DNA of 64,000 nt, from the NCBI GenBank assembly GCA_030601885.1, contig JAUWAU010000022.1, positions 6,175 to 70,174 of the forward strand, written 5' to 3'. How positions within the stretch are numbered: the first letter of the stretch is position 1; the number at the start of each line of letters is the position of its first letter. The position numbers and the translations under genes are program-made. A model generated the notes under the pieces. That model was not told where the DNA came from and searched no databases. It saw nothing but the letters and a program-made list of their open reading frames with translations. This document shows positions 35,406 to 44,101 of the stretch, piece by piece. The DNA is from Armatimonadota bacterium (GTDB lineage Bacteria; Armatimonadota; Zipacnadia; JAUWAU01).

Positions 35406-35427
35406 GGCGGGGCATTCTTGCCCCGCC
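35406..35427 (-). terminator. GC-rich perfect hairpin downstream of the CobO-like operon
   Basis: GGCGGGGCA-TTCT-TGCCCCGCC has a 9-bp perfect stem. It lies 36 nt past the CobO-like stop on the minus strand. No clear U-tract follows on that strand, so its function is uncertain. Confidence 0.35.
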
Positions 35428-35462
35428 GGGTTTCGTAGACCAACTTACGCAACCAACAAGTA

Positions 35463-36029
35463 CTAGAACTCCATGCCGGCCCGCGCTCGCACGCCCGCAT
35501 CGTACGGATGCTTCAGCTTTCGCATTTGGGTCACGAGATCGGCAGCATCAACCAGCCAGCGCGGCGCCGAGCCGCCGGTGAGCACGAGCTCGGTGTGCTT
35601 TGCCCGGCTTTCCAGCAGGTCTATGATGTCCTGCCTGCTGACGAGTCCGAAGTTCAGGGCGTACAACAGCTCGTCGCCGACGACGATATCGAACTCACCT
35701 GAGGCGGCAGCCTCCCGGGTCGCCTCCAGGGCGCGACGCGCGACCGCCAGGGCTTCCTCGGTAGGCTCCCCGCGTCTGATCCACTCGCCCCAGCCGGACG
35801 CCCGGACGGGCATCCCGAAACACCGGACGGTAATGTGCTCGTCAAGCCGTCGCAGAGCGAAGTGCTCCCCGCTGCTCCGGGGGCGTTTGCCAAACTGGAT
35901 CAATGCCCCGCGCAGCCCGCGCCCGGCGGCGCGCACCAGGAGCCCGACGGCCGCCGTGGTCTTTCCCTTCGCCCTGCCGACGTAGAGCTGCACGAGGCCT
36001 GTGTCGAGCGCACGCTTCGCCCCGGCCAT
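35463..36029 (-). CDS. cobO: ATP:cob(I)alamin adenosyltransferase (CobA/CobO/BtuR family)
   Basis: GLVQLYVGRAKGKTTAAVGL is the P-loop. DIVVGDELLYAL...ELVLTGGSAP...DLVTQMRKLKHPYDAGVRARAGMEF gives a typical C-terminus. ATG at 36027-36029 follows GGGAG. Confidence 0.85.
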   Translation of the reverse strand: MAGAKRALDTGLVQLYVGRAKGKTTAAVGLLVRAAGRGLRGALIQFGKRPRSSGEHFALRRLDEHITVRCFGMPVRASGWGEWIRRGEPTEEALAVARRALEATREAAASGEFDIVVGDELLYALNFGLVSRQDIIDLLESRAKHTELVLTGGSAPRWLVDAADLVTQMRKLKHPYDAGVRARAGMEF

Positions 36030-36033
36030 GCCA

Positions 36034-36687
36034 TTAGCTCCCTTGGCGACCGTGCTCCGCCGGTTCGAGGTGGCAGGTATCGCTGAACGTGAGCAGCACG
36101 ACGCCATCGGCGTGCGTCTGCAGGGCCGTCACCGATGCGTTGGCAATGCGCAATCGCCGGCTGTTCGGCCAGGGAATGTCCAGGGCGGTTGCCAGGATCT
36201 GGCGGATCGGCCCGCTATGCGTCACGACGACTATGCGCCCGCTATCGCATCCTCCCACCATGCCCCCGAAGGCGTCCCACACGCGCCGGCGCAGCTCCTT
36301 CGAACTCTCGGCGCCCGGCGGACGGAAATGCTCCAAATCCCGCTCCCATGTCTCCAAGGCCACCGGGTCGTCCTGATCGGCCTCGTCGAGCGTCAGCCCC
36401 TCCCAGCGCCCGAAGCAGCGCTCTCGAAGGCCGCGATGCACCACCGGATTCAGCCCGTGCGGGCGGGCTATTGCCTCGGCCGTTCGGAAGGCGCGCCCCA
36501 GGTCGCTGGAGTATACTTCATCCACGCACGTCCCGGCCAGTCGGTCCGCCAGGAGCGCTGCCTGGCGCTCTCCCCTGGTGGTCAGGGCGCTGTCGCCTTG
36601 CCCCTGGATTCGCCGCCGTCTGTTCCACTCGGTCTCGCCATGCCGCACGAGCAGCACGGTTGTGGGCGTCGCTGCGCTCATGGCCAT
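36034..36687 (-). CDS. Histidine phosphatase family protein (PGAM/CobC-like)
   Basis: VLLVRHGETEWN is the RHG catalytic motif. ...VVVTHSGPIR carries the second His. The second ATG (36681) overlaps the upstream stop as ATGA. Confidence 0.8.
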   Translation of the reverse strand: MAMSAATPTTVLLVRHGETEWNRRRRIQGQGDSALTTRGERQAALLADRLAGTCVDEVYSSDLGRAFRTAEAIARPHGLNPVVHRGLRERCFGRWEGLTLDEADQDDPVALETWERDLEHFRPPGAESSKELRRRVWDAFGGMVGGCDSGRIVVVTHSGPIRQILATALDIPWPNSRRLRIANASVTALQTHADGVVLLTFSDTCHLEPAEHGRQGS

Positions 36688-37763
36688 CGAACCTCCACGG
36701 GGCCAAGTTCGCTGAAGTCCGGCTGCAGCCGCAACGTGCCCATGGTCACCGTGGCCACGGCATCTGCCGCCGCCACCGGCGTTATCACACGGAGGCTGTT
36801 GGCCTTGAAGTCCACGTCCGTCAGGACGCCTATGCCGAGTAAGTGCTCCTGGGCGTCAGAAAGGCCCACTACGCCGCCGCGAATTGCCCTGAGCGGCAAC
36901 ACGGCGACCTCCTGATCGGGGAACTGCTCGCGCAAGGCTTCAATGGCCCCCGGCTGCGGGTACTGCTCGCACACCAGCAGGAGGCGCTCTTCTGTCATCT
37001 CCGCGTGGAAGCACTCAATGCCGAGCAGCTCCTCGGCGTAGGAGCGCACGTGACTCGGCGCTGCAGTGCCGGACAGCAGGCTGGTGCCGAGCACCCCGAT
37101 CTGCCCCAGGGGCAAGGCCAGCTCGGCCGCGCCGGCGAAGTAGTTGCGGAATTGCTCTCCGCGGTGGCGCCGTCGCTGGTCCATATCGCGGCGTCGCGCG
37201 CGGCGGGACGCGCGCACGGTGTGGACCTGAACGTCGGTTCGGCTCGCGTGCGGAGCAATGAGATGCTGGATCTCGTCTCTCGCCTGGATGGCGATGATAT
37301 GGCCCGGCGCCAACAGAGCTATCTTCGCCTCTTTGAGCGCCCGGGCGGCGGGCCCATTGATCCATCCGGACGTATCAACGATAATACAGTCGGCGCCGGC
37401 CCGGCGTGCCGCATCGGCCATCTTCCGCACGCCGACAGCGGTCTGCAGCATGTGGCCCTGCGGGCTGGTGGCCCCAACGAACCACATGCCGGCGGGCTCA
37501 GTGCCGTGGTCAGGAGGCGTGGTGCTGTCCACCAGGGCAAACCCGATAGTCGTTGGCGGTCCGAGCCACGACTGTCCCAGGTCGGCGTCCAGGATGGCAG
37601 GCTTGCGTCCCGCCTCCGCGCAGCAGTGCGCCAGGAACCGGCACAGCGTGGACTTGCCCGTGTCAACGGCGCCGAGCACCACGGCGACGCCGCCGTCGCG
37701 GGCTACGGCGTCGGCTGCGCCCTGCCAGTCCGGCGGGCGGTCGATGTCGGTGATCGACAGCAT
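36678..37763 (-). CDS. Clp1/Grc3-like P-loop polynucleotide kinase family protein
   Basis: VAVVLGAVDTGKSTLCRFL is Walker A. ILDADLGQSWLGPPTTIG and IIVDTSGWINGP resemble the Clp1 P-loop domain pattern (D-x-D-x-GQ, DT-x-GW). Confidence 0.6.
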   Translation of the reverse strand: MLSITDIDRPPDWQGAADAVARDGGVAVVLGAVDTGKSTLCRFLAHCCAEAGRKPAILDADLGQSWLGPPTTIGFALVDSTTPPDHGTEPAGMWFVGATSPQGHMLQTAVGVRKMADAARRAGADCIIVDTSGWINGPAARALKEAKIALLAPGHIIAIQARDEIQHLIAPHASRTDVQVHTVRASRRARRRDMDQRRRHRGEQFRNYFAGAAELALPLGQIGVLGTSLLSGTAAPSHVRSYAEELLGIECFHAEMTEERLLLVCEQYPQPGAIEALREQFPDQEVAVLPLRAIRGGVVGLSDAQEHLLGIGVLTDVDFKANSLRVITPVAAADAVATVTMGTLRLQPDFSELGPVEVRWP

Positions 37764-37855
37764 GCTGAGTCTGGGAGCCTACGAAGATGGGCTCCCCCCA
37801 GCAAGTTCGTGCCTGCCGCTAGCTTTCCTTCAGCCTGGTGTGTAGGGGTGAGCGC

Positions 37856-38314
37856 ATGACGCGACGGAGCAAACTGCTGCTGGGGCTCGGTATCCTGGCT
37901 CTCGTGGGGGTGGGGTTGTGGCTGGCGCTTCGCGAGCGGCAGTCGCCCCGGGAACAGATCCTGGAGAGCATCATCGCTCTCGTGGACGCGGTCGAGGCCG
38001 AGGACGTCGCCGGGTGCATGCGGTTGATATCTCCGGACTACCGCGACAGCAAGGGCAACACGCGCATCATCCTTCGCCGGTTGGCGACCAACGGCTTTCG
38101 CGAGGCCCAGTCAATAGACATGACCCTGCATGAGCCCCAGATCACCGTCTCCGGACGGGACGCCACGGCGACTCTCGAGGCGGCGGTGACGGCAGTGACG
38201 AGCACCGGGCGGCATCGCTGGGAGCTGGAGCTCACCTTCACCTTCAAGCGCGAGCGGCGGCGCTGGCGGATCGTGCGCGCCGAGGGCTGGCAGCATCTCT
38301 CGGGCCAATGGTAA
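37856..38314 (+). CDS. Membrane-anchored NTF2/SnoaL-like (DUF4440-like) hypothetical protein
   Basis: MTRRSKLLLGLGILALVGVGLWLAL is a TM anchor, followed by an alpha+beta cone-like segment of about 120 aa ending RRRWRIVRAEGW. Confidence 0.5.
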   Translation: MTRRSKLLLGLGILALVGVGLWLALRERQSPREQILESIIALVDAVEAEDVAGCMRLISPDYRDSKGNTRIILRRLATNGFREAQSIDMTLHEPQITVSGRDATATLEAAVTAVTSTGRHRWELELTFTFKRERRRWRIVRAEGWQHLSGQW

Positions 38315-38426
38315 TTGGGCGCGGCGTTAGTAGCAGCCGGGCTCATCGGGCGGGAGCGTCGCCGCGCGCGCCCACCAAGGTCGCGCTGGAACATTTCTGG
38401 TCCTGGCGCGTTCTGCGATAGGGGAA

Positions 38427-39350
38427 GTGTCGTCTGACACTCCCTTCACACCGATGACAAGGAGGAGGGAAAACATCCTGAGTACGAGAAGAGAAAAGCT
38501 GCTTGACCAATTACACACAGATTCGGAGGTGACTGAGGTGCGAGCGAAGGGGGTGAGTCTGCGCAATGGCGCCATCCTGTGGTTCGGCACTGCGGTGATT
38601 GGAGTGCTGGTCTTGCTGCTGGTACCTACGGTCGGCCAGGATGCGCTTTCGGGTGCAGCGGTCGTGCAAGAGCAAGGGCGGGTAACGGATGGATTGGTCG
38701 TGCTCTACGAGTTCAAAGAGGGAGCCGGCCAGGTCGTCAGTGAGACCAGCGGGGTGGGCCAGCCGTTGAATTTGACGATTAGCGACGCCACGGGGGTGAC
38801 CTGGGCGCCGGGCGGCGGCGTGGATATCACGGGCGACCGAGTAGCGATCCGGACGGATGGCGCGGCGACCAAGATCATCGACGCACTGCGAGCCAGCAAT
38901 GAGCTGACCATCGAAGCAGTTGTGACGCCTCGGGACACGACGCACACCGGACCGGCGCGGATCGTGTCGCTGTCGCGCGACACTTCGGTGCGGAACTTCA
39001 CGCTCGGCCAGACCCGGAGCCAGTACATCATGCGTCTGAGGACTTCCCGCACGGATACGCAGGGGACGCCCGAGACAGAGACGGACCGCGACGTCCTGAA
39101 GGCAGAGCGGCAGCATGTCGTGGTCACCTACACAGCGGGCTCGGTACGCATCTATGTGGACGGGGAGCCGAAGGGCCTGGGAGCACGAACCGGCGATTTC
39201 TCCACGTGGGATCCCACGTTTCGTTTCCTACTCGGCAACGAAGGCACCCTCGACAGACAGTGGCACGGGAAGATCGAGTTGGTGGCGATCTATAGCCGCG
39301 GCCTCAGTGCCGAGGAGATAAAGCGGAACTTCGACGCTCTCGCCAACTGA
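38427..39350 (+). CDS. LamG/concanavalin-A-like lectin domain protein with N-terminal TM anchor
   Basis: LVVLYEFKEGAGQVV...LTIEAVVTP...ARIVSLS...VVVTYTAGSVRIYVDGE...WHGKIELVAIYSRGLSAEEI is the classic LamG jelly-roll pattern. The start is uncertain: 38427, 38454 or GTG 38538. Confidence 0.65.
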   Translation: MSSDTPFTPMTRRRENILSTRREKLLDQLHTDSEVTEVRAKGVSLRNGAILWFGTAVIGVLVLLLVPTVGQDALSGAAVVQEQGRVTDGLVVLYEFKEGAGQVVSETSGVGQPLNLTISDATGVTWAPGGGVDITGDRVAIRTDGAATKIIDALRASNELTIEAVVTPRDTTHTGPARIVSLSRDTSVRNFTLGQTRSQYIMRLRTSRTDTQGTPETETDRDVLKAERQHVVVTYTAGSVRIYVDGEPKGLGARTGDFSTWDPTFRFLLGNEGTLDRQWHGKIELVAIYSRGLSAEEIKRNFDALAN

Positions 39351-39474
39351 GAGCTGAGGCTAACGCCGGCGAGCGCCGCGGCCGAAGGAGCTTGCCGACG
39401 CGTACTGATGACACGGAACGCTCTCCGCGTCCGCGGCCGCCGAGGTTGCCGCCTCGGCGAAGGGGCGATGATGT

Positions 39475-39945
39475 GTGCGTGACAGCAGCGCCTTGGTGCG
39501 GGTACTGGAGAAGCTGCGCATCAGGAAGCGCGGCCCCGAACTCACGCGCGAGCAGGCTATGAACGCCCTTCCGCTCCGCAACCCGAACCTGAAGTGGCGG
39601 GGTAACGACCGGGGCGACGTGGTGGTCACCCTCACGCGACGCCGGGACGTCAGGGGCCGGCTGGTCTCCTTCTTCTTTCACGTTCCCAAATCGCGTGACA
39701 TAACACTCGACGAGGTGGGCTCGAAGGTCTGGACGCTGAGCAACGGTCGGCGCACAGTGACGGAGCTCATCGACACGCTGGCGACGGAGTACAAGCTCAA
39801 CCGGCGCGAGGCCGAGGTGTCGCTCACCGAGTACCTCCGGCAGCTCGGCCAGCGAGGGATGGTGGGGTTGTTGGTGGATAAGGAGGACATGGAGGAGACA
39901 GACGCTCAGAAGGGGACCGCAGAGGCGGAGGAGTCGGAGGAGTAG
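39475..39945 (+). CDS. PqqD-family (RiPP-recognition-element-like) small protein with acidic tail
   Basis: ITLDEVGSKVWTLSNGRRTVTELIDTLATEYKLNRREAEVSLTEYLRQLGQRGMV matches the PqqD winged-helix pattern. Confidence 0.55.
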   Translation: MRDSSALVRVLEKLRIRKRGPELTREQAMNALPLRNPNLKWRGNDRGDVVVTLTRRRDVRGRLVSFFFHVPKSRDITLDEVGSKVWTLSNGRRTVTELIDTLATEYKLNRREAEVSLTEYLRQLGQRGMVGLLVDKEDMEETDAQKGTAEAEESEE

Positions 39946-40080
39946 GGGCACACATTGGCGGCGTTTGCTCCGACGATGCGTCTTAGGTTCCTGTGACCCG
40001 AGGTACGTGTGGGAAGGTGTTTCCGGATATCGTGGGAGCCACGGGCGTCGGATCGTCGCTGCGGTGGCAGGTCGCAGTGG

Positions 40081-40109
40081 TTGAAAAACACGAGCTGCTC
40101 TGGTACACT
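40081..40109 (+). promoter_or_regulatory. Candidate sigma70-type promoter of the TerB/ATPase/helicase cassette
   Basis: TTGAAA (40081-40086), a 17-nt spacer, then TACACT (40104-40109). Confidence 0.35.
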
Positions 40110-40252
40110 GGTTGTGACACAGTTGGATGGCCCTGCCGCTGAGGAGGTCCCGGCGGGACGGGCGCTGGAGGGTTCAAGGCGCGACCCCGTTTTGGACTCG
40201 GGTGGAAGTCCGGAACGGCAAACGGTGGCAGTTCTCGGGAGCGGGATGCAGC

Positions 40253-42740
40253 GTGAAGGCACTGCTCGTACTGGCGCTATTGATCGGGGCCGTCTGGTAC
40301 GTGTGGTGGGTCTGGCGTCAGGCCCAGGAGGGGGCATTCGCGTCGAGGGCTAAAGCCCGCCGGCGGAGTGGTGCGGCGGGAGGGGAGGCTGAGCTGCGAG
40401 CGTACGTAGCGGCGATGCGAGCGGATGGGCGATCCGAGCACGAGATACGAATCGTCTTGCTACGGGCGGGATGGCCTGCATATCTGGTTGAGCCCTTGGT
40501 GGGCCCTGCGCCAACGGGAAGCCCCGCCGCAACACGGAGCCGGAGTGTTCCTGCGGGGGCCTCATTGCACGGGCAAACAACTGAGGCCCGGGTGGGAAGT
40601 GTCGGTCCTGACGAGTGCTGGGTCCCCCCCGGGGGACAGACCCTTGTGGCTGGGCGGACGATCGGGGGGGGGGATGATCTATGTGGGGCGAGGCCTCGCA
40701 TCGGTTGGGAGCTCTGCGTTGCCTGAACCCGCGCTGATCGATCCAGCCCTCCCGGTAGGGGACAGCTCTCTGGGGAGACCGGCCACGTGGCCATACTGGC
40801 CGTCCTACGGGAGCATCTCGCCAGACTGCCGTGCCACCTATCTGGACTGGCTCGCGGATGGACGAAGGGATCCCGCCGTTTCGATCGGCTGCGTGTTCCT
40901 GTTCTACTACGGCCTGGAACGCAGGCTCTTGGCGGATCCGTCTACATCGCACCGCGCGAGGGCGCAGCGCTCGGCTCTTGTACAAGAAGTCGAGCGCTTG
41001 CTCGGCATCTACAAATGGCACAGCGCCCTCGTCGGGTACGCTACGGACTTGCTCGACCTCCTGGGCGTGGAGGGGGCGAGGGCGGGGGTGGGGGATCTCA
41101 CGGCGCCGAATCTGTGGACCGGCGAGGCCCGGGCGGTACAGGAGTACCTTCAGACATCATACTTCTCCAAGGACACCGCGCGGGTGAAAGTGGGCCTGGC
41201 CACGATCGTGGCGGCAGGCCGTCCTGTGCCCTGGGACTGGGCACTGGCGTGGTACTGCAGCAGCCCCGAACGGAGCTTCCGGACTCCCGCGTGGCGGTGC
41301 GGGGATGAGTTTCGGGCACTCTTCCGCGCTCGATTTGATGAGCGGTTCGGAGACGGACTTGCGGTGAAGCCGAACAAGACGCGGCTCAAGGCTAAGTACC
41401 GACCTGCGAGTTCATCCTTCTGGCGCGAGGTCTCTGCGTGCGCAGAGGACCTCTGCGACGTCACTCGTCAGAGAGTGCCACTGCGCAAGGTGGCAGCTCT
41501 TGTCGAGGACTGCCAGACGGAGCTGGATGGCTACTCACGCTGGTTGGGTCGCAACCCGGGTGGACGTGGAACGCTCCCGGGCATCGCACTTCTGCCGGAG
41601 GAAGTCGTTCGCACGATTACGTTTGACGAGCTTGAGGCACTGCGGTCCTGCCTCGACGACATGCTCGGCAAGTCGAGATCAGTCGTCGTTGGGGCCCAGA
41701 GCCTGATGGAGCGTTGGCCGTCAGGTGACAAGGAGCGCTTTGCGAAGCGAGATGCCGTCGGACTGGCCCAAGCCGTGAGCAAGTGCGGCTATGGGATCGA
41801 GCCGGACGCGCGCTTCGGCGGGACGACCCCCAAGGCCGAGGATCCGCTGGTGGTGTTCCGACTCCCTGAGGGTTCGCCGACTGTCCCGACCGAGTCGTAC
41901 CTCGCTGCCGTGTTCGCGGTACGCCTATTCATCGCGGTGGCCCTCGCCGACGGGAGGGTCAGCGACGGTGAGCACCAGGAGATCGTGGGGTACCTGAAGG
42001 CGAGTACGCCCCTGACGCCCGCCGAACGCGTGCGCCTCCGCGCCCACTCCCGCTGGCTCGTGTGTGTGAAGCCGGGGCTGACTGGAATGAGGCGGAGGAT
42101 GGCCGGGCTCACGGCCGAGGAGCGTGCGGCATTGGGCGGCATGCTAGTTGCGGTAGCAGGCGCAGACGGAGTCATAGCGCCCCCAGAGGTGGCCGCACTG
42201 ACGAGAATCTACCGGTTGCTGGATCTTCGGCCGGAGGAGGTCCATCAGGATATCCACGCACTGGCGGCTTCGGCCGCGTCGCCGAATGACCCCGTAACTG
42301 TCGCAGAGGCCGACCTAGGCTCGTCGGGATTCACGATACCTTCCGCGCCCGGGCACCGGGAAGATGAGCCCGACACCATCACGCTCGACATGGATCGAGT
42401 GCGGGCGAAGCTAGCCGAGACCGAGAGGGTCGCGGTGTTGCTTGGGAGCATCTTTGCTGAGGATGAACAGCCGGGAGGGATTCCCCCGGCTGCGGGGGAG
42501 GAGGGTCCTCTCGCGGCCGGTCTTGACTCAGCCCATTCGGCTCTACTGCGAAGGTTGGCGAAACGCGAATCTGTGGATAGAGCGGCCTTTGAGCGCCTGT
42601 GTGAAGACTGCTCTGTCCTGCCCGACGGGGCCCTTGACGCTCTCAACGATGCAGCCTTGGATGCCTGCGAGGAGAGCCTGTGCGAGGGTGATGACCCCAT
42701 CGAAATCAACCAGGAGGTTCTTGAGGAGATGGTGGCGTGA
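40253..42740 (+). pseudogene. TerB-N / TerB / TerB-C domain protein (Shango SngA-like), reading frame broken in a G10 tract
   Basis: The upstream frame (GTG 40253 or ATG 40127) encodes the TM helix KALLVLALLIGAVWYVWWVW and ...CWVPPGGQTLVAGRTIGGG. The downstream frame continues MIYVGRGL...EPALIDPALPV...WPYWPSYGSISPDCRATYLDWL...FLFYYGLERR (TerB-N). This is followed by a TerB-like segment (IAVALADGRVSDGEHQEI) and TerB-C (ALLRRLAKRESVDRAAFERLCEDCSVLPDGALDALND). Removing one G from the tract joins the two frames. Confidence 0.75.
40664..40673. repeat. Homopolymeric G10 tract at the frameshift site (a C7-G5 tract lies 34 nt upstream at 40624-40635)
   Basis: Counted directly: atc-GGGGGGGGGG-atgatc. 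Confidence 0.95.
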
Positions 42741-44101
42741 GCGAACTCCCGCGGATTCGGCCGAAGGATCGGGATGCCATCTTGCAGTCGCTACGGGCCG
42801 GTGTCGTGCCGCGCGCTGGGCAGCAGCACATTCAGGTGGGGCGGGTGGAGGAGGTAAAGGCCCTCCTTGCGGACCTGGAGCGGATCGTCGACGGTGGATC
42901 GGCAATGCGCTTCGTCATCGGCGAGTATGGATCCGGCAAGACCTTCTTCCTCTACCTTGTTCGGTCCATCGCGCTCAGCAAGCGCCTGGTGACGGTTCAC
43001 GCGGACCTGACCCCGGATCGGCGCCTTCAGGGCAGCGGAGGCCAACCGCGTGCGCTGTACGCTGAGTTGATGCGCAACATGGCGACCCGCTCGAAGCCGG
43101 ACGGAGGTGCACTGTCGAGCGTCGTCGAGCGATTCGTTAGCTCCGCGCTAAGCGAGGCCCGGGCGGCGGGCAGCGCCCCCGAGGTCGTGATACAGCGGAG
43201 GCTGACGGATATCTCTGAAATGGTGGGGGGATACGACTTCGCGCAAGTCGCTGCGGCCTACTGGCGGGGTCACGACACTGGCAACGACATTCTCAAGTCC
43301 GACGCGATCCGTTGGCTGCGCGGGGAGTTCTCGACTAAGACGGACGCGCGGCGGGCGCTCGGGGTCCGCACAATAATAGATGACGCGAATGTCTACGACC
43401 ACCTCAAGCTCTTGGCCCGTTTCGTGCGCCTCGCTGGGTTCGAGGGCCTTTTCGTCTGCCTGGATGAACTGGTTAACCTCTACAAGCTCGCCAACACTCA
43501 GGCTCGGAACGCCAACTACGAACAGATCCTCCGGGTCCTCAACGACAGCCTGCAGGGAGTCGCGGTAGGGCTAGGTTTCTTACTCGGAGGTACCCCGGAG
43601 TTCCTGACCGATACGCGCAAGGGACTGTATAGCTACCCGGCCCTCCAGTCACGCCTTGCGGACAACACCTTTGCCGTAGGCGGACTGGTGGACTACTCTG
43701 GGCCGGTGCTCCGGCTGGCCAACCTCACGAGGGAGGAGTTCTTCGTCCTCCTCGACAAGCTGCGGCACCTCCAGGCTGGTGGTGATCCCCAGGGGTACCT
43801 CGTGCCCGACGAGGCCCTGACGGCATTCATGGATCACTGCGCCAGACGCGTGGGCGACGCGTACTTCCGCACGCCGCGGGAGACCATCCGAGAGTTCGTC
43901 GGGTTGCTGGCCGTACTCGAACAGAATCCCCAGGCGTCGTGGCAAGAGCTTGTCGGCGGGGTCGAAATCGGGCATGAGGTCAATCCTGACCTCGTTCCTC
44001 TCCCCGATGAAGGCGAGTCGGGCGAGGGCGCACAATCCGCCGTGAGCGTGCCCGCGAGAAGCGACATCGCCAATGATGAGCTTACCACGTTCAGGCTCTG
44101 A
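42737..44101 (+). CDS. P-loop ATPase, DUF2791-like (Shango SngB-like)
   Basis: ILQSLRAGVVPRAGQQHIQVGR...MRFVIGEYGSGKTFFLYL contains Walker A. LFVCLDELVNL is Walker B. The GTG start overlaps the upstream stop (GTGA). Confidence 0.75.
   Translation: MSELPRIRPKDRDAILQSLRAGVVPRAGQQHIQVGRVEEVKALLADLERIVDGGSAMRFVIGEYGSGKTFFLYLVRSIALSKRLVTVHADLTPDRRLQGSGGQPRALYAELMRNMATRSKPDGGALSSVVERFVSSALSEARAAGSAPEVVIQRRLTDISEMVGGYDFAQVAAAYWRGHDTGNDILKSDAIRWLRGEFSTKTDARRALGVRTIIDDANVYDHLKLLARFVRLAGFEGLFVCLDELVNLYKLANTQARNANYEQILRVLNDSLQGVAVGLGFLLGGTPEFLTDTRKGLYSYPALQSRLADNTFAVGGLVDYSGPVLRLANLTREEFFVLLDKLRHLQAGGDPQGYLVPDEALTAFMDHCARRVGDAYFRTPRETIREFVGLLAVLEQNPQASWQELVGGVEIGHEVNPDLVPLPDEGESGEGAQSAVSVPARSDIANDELTTFRL

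Noticed and set aside
40120-40252. Segment GGTGGAAGTCCGGAACGGC resembling the GGTG-AA-TCC core of cobalamin riboswitches, upstream of the TerB gene
   Set aside because: The following conserved CCCGC-ACTGT element and a convincing B12 box are absent, and the downstream genes have no link to B12. An Infernal scan with RF00174 would settle it.
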